Shown piece after piece: positions 17,269 through 25,944 of a stretch of DNA of 64,000 nucleotides. Source of the DNA: Candidatus Magasanikiibacteriota bacterium (GTDB lineage: Bacteria > Patescibacteriota > Patescibacteriia > Magasanikbacterales > GWA2-37-8); contig JACOYB010000005.1 in the NCBI GenBank assembly GCA_016182085.1, positions 1,013 to 65,012 on the forward strand, read 5' to 3'. The position numbers and the translations under genes are program-made. Below the pieces are notes generated by a model. That model was not told where the DNA came from. It saw only the letters and a list, made by a program, of their open reading frames with translations, and searched no databases. Position 1 is the first letter of the stretch. Each line of letters begins with the position of its first letter.

Positions 17269-17889
17269 TCAATTTATATATTTAGTGGATTCAGCAGCCA
17301 CATCAATTAGATCGGCAAATTCTTTTACCGACAATCCAAGCTCTTCGGCCGTAAACTTGAAATCTCTTTGCATATCAAGAAATTTATTATAAAAAGCCTT
17401 TCTCATCCCAGCCTCTTCCCAAGGAACTTCTCTTAAGGCTAACTTCAAAAAACCGCAGGTCACTTTACGGTTAAGGCTATCCAATTCGTTTGAGGAAAGT
17501 CCTAAATCTCTCAGCTCAATACCCTGTTCTCTGAGTACACCGATAGATGTTTTGACAAAAGTTGTTAGATTATCTCCGGCTACATACCCCGGAGCGATGA
17601 TTTCCCTAAACCGCGCGGCGTAATATGCTTTAAGCAATTCTTTTGCCTTATACTCTAAGTTTTCCAACATATCCGCATACATACCTGCTGCCGGATCTTT
17701 TTTCTGGGTTTTGCAGAACTCAAAGGACTTTACCGCTAAAGTTATCACCTCCTTAAAACCATCTAAAACACTGACTTTTTCTAAGTAACCGGGAAGTTTA
17801 CCAAGAATGTCTTCTACCTCTTTGATCCTGTTTTGAATGTCTTGCTCCCGCTCCGCATCTTGTTTCAAAAAGTCGCTTTTTTCTGACAT
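17269..17889 (-). CDS. Hypothetical protein (206 aa). No family was recognised.
   Basis: The ORF is clean and tightly packed between frr and glyQS. Confidence 0.4.
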   Translation of the reverse strand: MSEKSDFLKQDAEREQDIQNRIKEVEDILGKLPGYLEKVSVLDGFKEVITLAVKSFEFCKTQKKDPAAGMYADMLENLEYKAKELLKAYYAARFREIIAPGYVAGDNLTTFVKTSIGVLREQGIELRDLGLSSNELDSLNRKVTCGFLKLALREVPWEEAGMRKAFYNKFLDMQRDFKFTAEELGLSVKEFADLIDVAAESTKYIN

Positions 17890-17892
17890 ATA

Positions 17893-18441
17893 TTAAATTG
17901 TATTTATCTCCGCTTCTTTCTTTTCGGTAATTTCTTTTACTTTGTCATTGTATTCTTTAACTGTTTTATCTAGTTCTTCTTCCAAGCGATACTTTTCATC
18001 TTCGGTAATTTCATCTCCATCTTCGGCGGCTTTTACCATTTCTTTTATTTCTTCACGCACTTTACGAACAGCAATTCTGGCGCCTTCTTCTTTTTGGTGC
18101 AAAACTTTTATTAGCTCGCCTCTGCGCTCGCTGGTAAGTTCAGGTAAAAAAATGCGAATCTGGCTGCCGGTATTTACCGGGCTGATACCTAAACCGGAAT
18201 CCCGAACGGCTTTTTCTATAGCAGATAAAATACTTTTGTCCCAGGGATCAATATTTACGGTTTTTGGATCTGGAATAGAAATAGAGGCCAGAGATTTGAG
18301 GGATTGATAAGTACCGTAAGCTTCTACGGAAATATCTTCAACAATCGCCGAGTTGGCGCGGCCCGTGCGAAGACCGGAAATATCTTCCTTAAAAAATTCA
18401 ACGGCCTTATCAAAATCACCCTTAAAATCTGAGATTTGCAT
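17893..18441 (-). CDS. frr: Ribosome recycling factor
   Basis: The protein is 182 aa. The RRF signature LRTGRANSAIVEDISVEAYG..IPDPKTVNIDPWDKS is present. Confidence 0.9.
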   Translation of the reverse strand: MQISDFKGDFDKAVEFFKEDISGLRTGRANSAIVEDISVEAYGTYQSLKSLASISIPDPKTVNIDPWDKSILSAIEKAVRDSGLGISPVNTGSQIRIFLPELTSERRGELIKVLHQKEEGARIAVRKVREEIKEMVKAAEDGDEITEDEKYRLEEELDKTVKEYNDKVKEITEKKEAEINTI

Positions 18442-18452
18442 ACGACTAAGTA

Positions 18453-19532
18453 TTATAATGTTGTAAATCCTAAAAATATCGTTTTACCATTTTCTTTATT
18501 TATGAGCAGTTCTACCGGAATGGAATTAGTTGGTAGTTTTTTGGTTACCCAGTTTGCGCCGCCATCGCTCGTTTTATATAATGTAGACCGAACATTTTGA
18601 TTGTTGTCTCCCAAAATCGTACCCGTATAATACATTTCCGAAAGATTTTTTGGATTCTGGGCAAAACCGTAAATGTTTACGCTGCCCGGAGGCGTAAGCA
18701 GTTTAATGTCGCTCCAACTGGCGCCGGCATCTGCCGAGCGCAAGATACCATACTTGGAAATCCAAAACAAGTTATCTTTTTGGGTCGGACTAAAGACAAA
18801 CCTATAAAAACTCATACTGCCGTTAAAATTTTCAAAACCGTTGCTGGCGCTTGTCCAAGTTACGGCTTCGTCTTCGGAACGATACAATCCGGTTTCATAG
18901 GCTGCGACATACAATCGTCCGGGATTAAACGGGTCAACTGCCAAATGCCGCAATTGAAAATTAAAACTATGTACCAAACGCCAACTGGCTCCGCCGTCTT
19001 TACTCCTAAAAATATCACCGCCCGACTGAGCCGCATAAATTATTCTTGGATCGGTATAATCAACCGCAATCGCGGCCATGCGCTGTGTGGGCCGCTCTTC
19101 AGAAAAAACGAGTTTCCAACTTCTCTGGCAATCGGTAGTTTTATAAATATGAGTGCCATCACTTGCGTAAATTGTACATTTATCGGCTGGGTCAACCGCT
19201 AAGGCATAAATATATTTACCCGTCATAAAAGGACTTGCTTCCCAAGTATCGCCATTGTCATAGCTATAATACAAACCCTGTCCTCGCGTACCCATATACA
19301 ATGCTTTTGGATCGCTTGGGTCGGTAAACATTTTATATACCTTGGCACCCGACAAATTCTTTATGCCTTGGGCGGTAACCAAAGTATTTTTTTGCTGCCA
19401 GGTTTCACCGCCATCATTTGATGTAAACGCTCCCATCGGCCCTTGCGCGCTACCGGTAAATTGGATACAACCGGCACCGGTAAGCACTACGGCCATAACG
19501 AGCGCCGATAAGACGTATATTTTTTTAGACAT
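18453..19532 (-). CDS. BNR/Asp-box repeat lipoprotein (Ycf48-like beta-propeller)
   Basis: A lipoprotein signal (LTGAGC) is followed by at least 6 Asp-box motifs (GGETW, DNGDTW, DGGASW, DAGASW, DGGANW). Confidence 0.65.
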   Translation of the reverse strand: MSKKIYVLSALVMAVVLTGAGCIQFTGSAQGPMGAFTSNDGGETWQQKNTLVTAQGIKNLSGAKVYKMFTDPSDPKALYMGTRGQGLYYSYDNGDTWEASPFMTGKYIYALAVDPADKCTIYASDGTHIYKTTDCQRSWKLVFSEERPTQRMAAIAVDYTDPRIIYAAQSGGDIFRSKDGGASWRLVHSFNFQLRHLAVDPFNPGRLYVAAYETGLYRSEDEAVTWTSASNGFENFNGSMSFYRFVFSPTQKDNLFWISKYGILRSADAGASWSDIKLLTPPGSVNIYGFAQNPKNLSEMYYTGTILGDNNQNVRSTLYKTSDGGANWVTKKLPTNSIPVELLINKENGKTIFLGFTTL

Positions 19533-19538
19533 AACCCA

Positions 19539-20477
19539 TCAACTTAATGATAATAATATTTGTTCTATAACTAATTTTGGATTTATATTTTGCGCGAGCA
19601 GCGCTTGTGATTTTTTAAAATTATCTATAAGCCCCACCATTTGCGATAAAGACAATTTGCTTTTAGAAATGATTTTATTATCCCTGTTTGCCAGTTTGTC
19701 TAACATAACATCGCGCCATAGTACTGTCCAGGTTTCCAGTACACCCTGTAATTTCTCACCGGTGCGCGTACTTTCGTCTTTATCATTAAATAAATTATCC
19801 ACGCCTTTAATTTTTTTAAAAAACGGCTGATCAACTATTTGTTCCCACCGCTCTACTTCACCCTTAAACTGCCCGTGCAACGCCGGATCAGCGCATAAAT
19901 CAATAGCTCGCCCCGGTCTGCCCCATGATAATTTGGCGGCTTCGCTCGCGATCTTTTTATCATTTCCCAATTTTATTAAATCCTGCTCAATCTCGGATTC
20001 GCTTACCAGTGGAAAATATATTATCTGACAGCGCGAGCGAATTGTAGAGAGCAGCTTGCTATCATCGGCCACAAGTAAAAAAAACACTCTATCGTTTCCC
20101 GCTTCTTCCAAAATTTTTAAAAGCGCGTTTCCGGATTCTTCGTTGAGCAGTTCGGCTTCATCTATGATTACCGATTGATGGCCGCCAAACCAAGACTTGC
20201 GTCCCAGACGCTCTTTAATGCTGCGCGCCTGGGCAATAGAAATTTCTTTTTTTAATTTTCCCGTTTTCTCATCAGCTTGACGGGATAAATAATAAAAATC
20301 AGGATGGGTGTCTAATTTGGCTTCGTCTACTTTTAACAATTTAGCTGAAAAATATCTAGCCACGGTTTTTTTTCCAACTTGTTCCTTGCCCACGAAACAA
20401 TATGCCTGCGACAAAGAATTTTTGGCAATAAGGTTTTCAAAAAAAGAAGTGATTCTGTCGTGACCGATAATAGACAT
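19539..20477 (-). CDS. holB: DNA polymerase III delta-prime subunit
   Basis: A Walker-A-like GKEQVGKKT is present and the AAA+ clamp-loader layout is recognisable. The protein is 312 aa. Confidence 0.7.
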   Translation of the reverse strand: MSIIGHDRITSFFENLIAKNSLSQAYCFVGKEQVGKKTVARYFSAKLLKVDEAKLDTHPDFYYLSRQADEKTGKLKKEISIAQARSIKERLGRKSWFGGHQSVIIDEAELLNEESGNALLKILEEAGNDRVFFLLVADDSKLLSTIRSRCQIIYFPLVSESEIEQDLIKLGNDKKIASEAAKLSWGRPGRAIDLCADPALHGQFKGEVERWEQIVDQPFFKKIKGVDNLFNDKDESTRTGEKLQGVLETWTVLWRDVMLDKLANRDNKIISKSKLSLSQMVGLIDNFKKSQALLAQNINPKLVIEQILLSLS

Positions 20478-20574
20478 AACCTAAAATTGCCGGGAATTTA
20501 ATAACTTTAGTATATCAAAAATTTTGTAAAACAAAAAGACCCTGCTCGGACTTTAGCCAATAACGGACATGGGA

Positions 20575-20955
20575 CTACTGCTTAAGCTTGGATTTAACTT
20601 TTTTTACGAGATCGTCTATATTCCAATCGGATTTTATAAAATAGTCATAACACCCTTCCTTGGCTGCCTCTGCTTCTTTTTTTTCATCGCTTAAGTTGGT
20701 AAGCATAATTATTGGCACGGATTTTCCCCAAGGATCTTGGCGCAATTTATTTAGCATAGTCATACCGTCCATAATAGGCATCAATATATCCAATAAAATA
20801 ATATCCGGGTGATGCTGAAAGGCCTGTTCCAAACCAATCTGACCATTAGGGGCTTCAAATACCTTAAACTTTTCTATAGTAAATTTTTTAGCTAACACAG
20901 CCAAAAGGGCTTGTTCGTCTTCCACGATAAGAACTTTGTCTAATACTTTTGGCAT
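20575..20955 (-). CDS. Stand-alone response-regulator receiver (CheY-like, no output domain)
   Basis: The protein is 126 aa. The motif DIILLDILMPIMDG contains the phospho-Asp. Confidence 0.8.
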   Translation of the reverse strand: MPKVLDKVLIVEDEQALLAVLAKKFTIEKFKVFEAPNGQIGLEQAFQHHPDIILLDILMPIMDGMTMLNKLRQDPWGKSVPIIMLTNLSDEKKEAEAAKEGCYDYFIKSDWNIDDLVKKVKSKLKQ

Positions 20956-20970
20956 AAAAATTAGATTATA

Positions 20971-23900
20971 TTATATGGATAATTCTTTGTCGCCAACTAC
21001 TCTTTTCATTCCGCTTGTAGGTATGGCTACATGAAACACGCTTCCCTTTCCTTCAGTTGATTCAAACCATACTTTTCCACCGCCTGTTTCTATAATCAAC
21101 TTTACAATATACAGACCCAAACCGATTCCTTCGGTACTAACCTTAACCGCATTATCGGCGCGAAAGAACTTGCTAAAAACCTTATCTTGATCTTTAGAAG
21201 GAATACCTATGCCTTCGTCCTTAACGTCAATCTGACAGTGCCCTTCAACTTCTTTAAAACCAATTTCTATCTTGCATTTTCTTGATTTAGAATAATGTAT
21301 GGCATTGTTTAATAAATTTAAAATAACTTGTTTGAGCAACACAGGATCCGCATCAATAAGAGACGCCGGCTGATCCGATTCATTGAATATAATAGCACAG
21401 TTTCTAGCATTTGCAACGGAATTAACTTCGGAAATAACACTGGAAATAAGAGAGGCTATATCCGTTGGCTTTGGCTCAATCTTGATTTTTTGGGCTTCCA
21501 AACGAGAAATGTTAAGCAGAGATTTAATTAAATCGGCCATGCGTTTTTCTCCATTCTCTATTTCATTAAGATACCTTTTTTGTTCAACGGTTAATTCTCC
21601 CGATTTCACATCCCTTAGCATTTCCGTATTCCATTTTATCGCCGTAAGAGGGGTGCGCAACTGATGGGAGGCAAAAGAAATAAAATCCGTTTTCATTTGT
21701 TCCGCTTCTTTTAATTTGGTAATATCTCTCTCTACACCGACAAAAAACTGCACCTGATTATTCTTGTCTAAAACCGGAGCAATTCTAACTTCAGCAGTAT
21801 AGGGCTGGCCGTTTTTTCTATGATTTATTATTTCACCGACAAAAGGCTGTTTTTGGATATCATCAATGACAGTCCACAATTTCTCATAATATTCTTTTGA
21901 CATGTTTCCACCCCAAAGATCCCCGGCATTTTTTCCAATAACTTCTGCCGACATGTAGCCGGTAATTTCTTCTCCGGCTTTATTAACATACAAAATAGCG
22001 CCGTCTTTATCGGTAATCATTACATGATCGGACTCGTTATCTACGGCTAATTTAAATTTCTCCAAATCTTTGGCCAGCAGATCGACTTTTTCTTTTTCTT
22101 TTTTTATATCTTCTTCCGCTTTTTTGATTTTGGAAATATCCATGCCCCAAACAACTATATACAGCTCTTTATTTAATTCAATGCGCGCGGCATTAAAAAA
22201 ATAAATAGCGTGGCTGCGGCCTCTATTAAGCAAATGCTCTACTTCAAGCTGAGCCGAACCTTCACGAAAAGTTTTCTCCATTGCCTCTATGATTTTAACC
22301 CTGTTTTCCTTTGTATAAAACCACTCCAACGCCTGTTCATTTGACATTGTAGAAATCTCTTCACTGGTACGACCGGTAACGATTTCTAAGTTTTTATTCC
22401 AACGCGGAGTACCACCTCTTTGACTTATCATCGCAAATGTACCGGGAAAAGTTTCCATTATAGCATCGGAAATAACTCGCTCGTTTTTAAGCTCCAAAAC
22501 TAGCTGCTTTTGCTTGGTTATATCGCGCGCGGTGGCATAAGTAATTCCTTTGTCTTTATCGTAAGTGGCAATCCATGAAAGCCATAACACCCTGCCGTCT
22601 TTACATATAAAACGATTCTCAAAATTTAGCGAGGAACCTACTTTAATTTGCCGCGCCATTTCATCTAGCGTGGCCTGCTTGTCTTCGGGATAGACAAAAT
22701 CAATAAATGGTTTCGTCAAAAGATCCGCTTCGGAATATCCTAGAATTTTCAAACAAGCCAGGTTCACCTTCTTAAAGGCGCCGTTTGGATCCGCAATAAC
22801 CATGATGTCGGAAGATAAATTAAAAAAATTAAAAAATTGCTCGCGCTCAAACTCGGCTTTTTTACGCTCGGTAATATCTGTAAAGACGGCCATGCTCCCG
22901 GCAAAATCTCCTTTTTCATCAAAAAGCGGAGTGGGCGAAACTATCGCATTTATTTTTAACCCGTCCTTACGCAACCCCACAATTTCATAGCTCGCGCGCT
23001 CCCCTTTGCGTCTTTTTACCATCTGCTCTCTATAAATTTTTTGATTTTCTTCATCAAATAAAATAGTGGCTGATTTACCTATTAACTCTTCCGGTTTATA
23101 ACCAAGAACTGCACTGCCTCGATTATTAATAAAACTAATAATCCCCTTTTCATCCTGAACCGCTATCCCTTCGTCCATTATATCAACCAAGTTATGAAAC
23201 CGCCCTTCTTTTCTTAGTAAGTCTACATCTACTTTCGTTTTATACTCTTCCTGTTTCTTCAATAAACCAATGCCGGCTGTGACTACCGCGGACAAAGTAA
23301 AAATATTTAAAATGGTTTCCAAACCCACATTAAAACCAAGCGTGTACAACCCGATATATTTACCATATTCCACCAACCAACCGATGATTGGAGGGATAAT
23401 AAACATTGTAGGAAGAAAAATACGTGACATTTTCCCGGCAAAACTACGCATAACTAACACTCTGGTAAAACCGCGATCCGGATGCGCAAATAAAATACCA
23501 AGATGAAATATAAAAAAAACTATTACCGTATATAATGGCACGGCGGGAGAAACTGCGACACCCTGAACAAAAGATGGTACATTGTGAATATAGCCCACAA
23601 GCGCAACCAAAGAAATAAACCCGCCCATAATAGCCATGACTTGCGCCGGACGCACACCGCGCTTGGTCTCAAAATCTAAAAACAAAAGAGCTAACCCAAA
23701 AAAAATAAAAACAATAGCGCCGCCTAAGGACATTTTTCCTAGATTTACGACCCAATTAGATGTAGCTACCAATCGAAAAAATAATTCACCCGCAAAAAAA
23801 TTGTTACCAAGCACATACCCTGCAAAAGATATGATACCCAAAATAAATACAAATAACGCGCAGCCCCTGCCTAAATTTCTCACCCACCTTTTTGATCTTT

Positions 23901-24156
23901 TTTCCTGCTGCAGCCATAAAGCTAACCCGAGAAACATGGCGCCTAGCGCAGAGTGAGGCGCCATGAGCGAAAAATTATGAAAGATGCTTGTTAAAATAGC
24001 TATTTTTAAATTCCAACTAACTAAAACCAAAGCCCCAACAACAAAAATCAAAATGCTCGAGGCCTCTGAAAAAACCTTCATACTTGAAACGATCCGAGAG
24101 TCAATGGGCATGTACGGTGAATATTTTGTCCCCTCCATAAATTGTTTAGTTAGCAA
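20971..24156 (-). CDS. Multi-TM, multi-PAS sensor histidine kinase
   Basis: The protein is 1061 aa. An N-terminal polytopic membrane region is followed by repeated PAS/PAC segments, an H-box (HQLRTPLTAIKW) and a HATPase_c domain. Confidence 0.85.
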   Translation of the reverse strand: MLTKQFMEGTKYSPYMPIDSRIVSSMKVFSEASSILIFVVGALVLVSWNLKIAILTSIFHNFSLMAPHSALGAMFLGLALWLQQEKRSKRWVRNLGRGCALFVFILGIISFAGYVLGNNFFAGELFFRLVATSNWVVNLGKMSLGGAIVFIFFGLALLFLDFETKRGVRPAQVMAIMGGFISLVALVGYIHNVPSFVQGVAVSPAVPLYTVIVFFIFHLGILFAHPDRGFTRVLVMRSFAGKMSRIFLPTMFIIPPIIGWLVEYGKYIGLYTLGFNVGLETILNIFTLSAVVTAGIGLLKKQEEYKTKVDVDLLRKEGRFHNLVDIMDEGIAVQDEKGIISFINNRGSAVLGYKPEELIGKSATILFDEENQKIYREQMVKRRKGERASYEIVGLRKDGLKINAIVSPTPLFDEKGDFAGSMAVFTDITERKKAEFEREQFFNFFNLSSDIMVIADPNGAFKKVNLACLKILGYSEADLLTKPFIDFVYPEDKQATLDEMARQIKVGSSLNFENRFICKDGRVLWLSWIATYDKDKGITYATARDITKQKQLVLELKNERVISDAIMETFPGTFAMISQRGGTPRWNKNLEIVTGRTSEEISTMSNEQALEWFYTKENRVKIIEAMEKTFREGSAQLEVEHLLNRGRSHAIYFFNAARIELNKELYIVVWGMDISKIKKAEEDIKKEKEKVDLLAKDLEKFKLAVDNESDHVMITDKDGAILYVNKAGEEITGYMSAEVIGKNAGDLWGGNMSKEYYEKLWTVIDDIQKQPFVGEIINHRKNGQPYTAEVRIAPVLDKNNQVQFFVGVERDITKLKEAEQMKTDFISFASHQLRTPLTAIKWNTEMLRDVKSGELTVEQKRYLNEIENGEKRMADLIKSLLNISRLEAQKIKIEPKPTDIASLISSVISEVNSVANARNCAIIFNESDQPASLIDADPVLLKQVILNLLNNAIHYSKSRKCKIEIGFKEVEGHCQIDVKDEGIGIPSKDQDKVFSKFFRADNAVKVSTEGIGLGLYIVKLIIETGGGKVWFESTEGKGSVFHVAIPTSGMKRVVGDKELSI

Positions 24157-24196
24157 CTAATATTACCTTGATACAAATTTAAAAAAACACCCGCAC

Positions 24197-25933
24197 CTAC
24201 TTTAAACGTCTTACTTCCTGGCCGATATATTTTTTTATTTTAGCAACCGTATCTTTCATTTTATTTATGAGCGCGGCCGCTTTGGTGGAACGAAAGGAGT
24301 TATGTTGTTCTTGCACCCCTTCAAGCTCCTTCAAACAACCGGATAAAATATCAGATAGCTTATCAATGTCACGACCGACAATAACTCTATACACCTCTCG
24401 CGTCTTTTTTGTAGAAATGTAGTACCAGCCGCCAATGCCCGTTACCGACATTCCCACGAGTATAACGATGATGAGTATCTCTAGCCACCCCAAATCAATG
24501 ACGCCAAAGGAAATTATAACTTTTGGTTTTACTTGGAATACGGGCGAATCAACCGGAAAACTCACGGCTCCGCGCTCATCCCGTGCGGTAATGATAAAAG
24601 TGTATTTCCCGACTGGCAAAGTTACACCAATGGATGTTTCCCAGCCTCCAACACCATCACTCGCTATCTTACCGGTTAATTTCTCCTGATTCTTGCTGTC
24701 AACTATGCGGAAATCAACAAATGCGTTGGGTATGGTTTTACCGGAGACAAACAGGGGTTCGCCTTGCGAAACGGTTTTGGTAATAAAATCAACGGTTGGA
24801 GCGGGTAGCGGCAATACTTCAAACGCAAGATCATCTTCAGCGCTGTTACCGGCTTTATCAAGGACGCGGACTAACACAGTGTGCTTGCCCGGAGATTGCG
24901 GAGGCGGAGTAAATTCCATACCAGATACTTCAACAAGGTTTTGATCGTCAATAAATATAACGGCATGCGATATGCCCGATAGACTATCTTGTGTTTCAAA
25001 GCGTAATTGGGGTGAAGGGTTGTCGCTTGCTACCGTATCCATTCCTATTTCAAAAGGAAGCGGCGCGGTGGTGTCAATCAAAATTTTATAATGTGTTACC
25101 GATCCCCAACCAATATTATTCTTAAACCGCACATGAATATACCACACCCCCTCTTCCAGAGTTCCGAATTTCTTGCCGGTGAACAGTTCTTTTTCTATAT
25201 TTTTAGGATCAGTGTTAGGGCTATGATCAAGAACAGTTGCTACTTGGGTAATGTCGGCAGGAACTTCCCAGAGGGCGACTATTTCGCCCAAATGGTTGTA
25301 CCAATGCGTTTCATCCGGATATAAGGGAACTTGAACAACGGGCTTCTGCGGAAGTTTCGTGGAAACAATCGGCTTTCTTTCTACTCGCACCGGCTGCGGC
25401 ACCGGTTTGGCGGATTCTATGGTAGCCGGTTTGGGAACTGCAGGCTGAGCCGTCGTCGCGCCAATCGTATAGCTTGCCTCTTTTATTTTAGAAAGTATAT
25501 TGGTTCCCTTGCCATCACTTGCGGTAACCGCCGCATCGGTTATGAAAATACTAGCCGCACCCGCGCCAAGCGCTTTAAACTTCACTTTCAAAATCTGAAG
25601 CGCGCCACCGGAAATCCCCTTGGCTGTCCCGCCAATAAAACTGAGAGAGTTTTTGGTGTCTGATAAAACAGGGTCTGTTACCCAAAAATTGAAAGCCGAT
25701 CCGGCTTTGCTAACTTCAACAAATTCTAAAATATCAACCGGCCAATTTATTGTTGCTTGGGAGGCGTTGATGCTTTCCGCTTCTGAGTCAATTTTAATAT
25801 CAACAGAGAACTCTGCGCCGATATTAAAGCCGCCGGTTTCGGGAACCGTATAAATAACCGCTGCGTTAACCGACTGCGCAAAGACAAAAAAGAATAGAGA
25901 TGCGACAATTGCTTTAAATACTTTTTTAAACAT
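24197..25933 (-). CDS. Cohesin-domain surface protein with a C-terminal TM anchor (scaffoldin-like)
   Basis: A signal peptide is followed by a ~140-aa cohesin-like beta-sandwich (VIYTVPETGGFNIGAEFSVDIKID...ILEFVEVSKAGSAF) and a Pro-rich linker. A C-terminal TM helix and a cytoplasmic tail end the protein. Confidence 0.5.
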   Translation of the reverse strand: MFKKVFKAIVASLFFFVFAQSVNAAVIYTVPETGGFNIGAEFSVDIKIDSEAESINASQATINWPVDILEFVEVSKAGSAFNFWVTDPVLSDTKNSLSFIGGTAKGISGGALQILKVKFKALGAGAASIFITDAAVTASDGKGTNILSKIKEASYTIGATTAQPAVPKPATIESAKPVPQPVRVERKPIVSTKLPQKPVVQVPLYPDETHWYNHLGEIVALWEVPADITQVATVLDHSPNTDPKNIEKELFTGKKFGTLEEGVWYIHVRFKNNIGWGSVTHYKILIDTTAPLPFEIGMDTVASDNPSPQLRFETQDSLSGISHAVIFIDDQNLVEVSGMEFTPPPQSPGKHTVLVRVLDKAGNSAEDDLAFEVLPLPAPTVDFITKTVSQGEPLFVSGKTIPNAFVDFRIVDSKNQEKLTGKIASDGVGGWETSIGVTLPVGKYTFIITARDERGAVSFPVDSPVFQVKPKVIISFGVIDLGWLEILIIVILVGMSVTGIGGWYYISTKKTREVYRVIVGRDIDKLSDILSGCLKELEGVQEQHNSFRSTKAAALINKMKDTVAKIKKYIGQEVRRLK

Positions 25934-25944
25934 ACGGGTTTTGT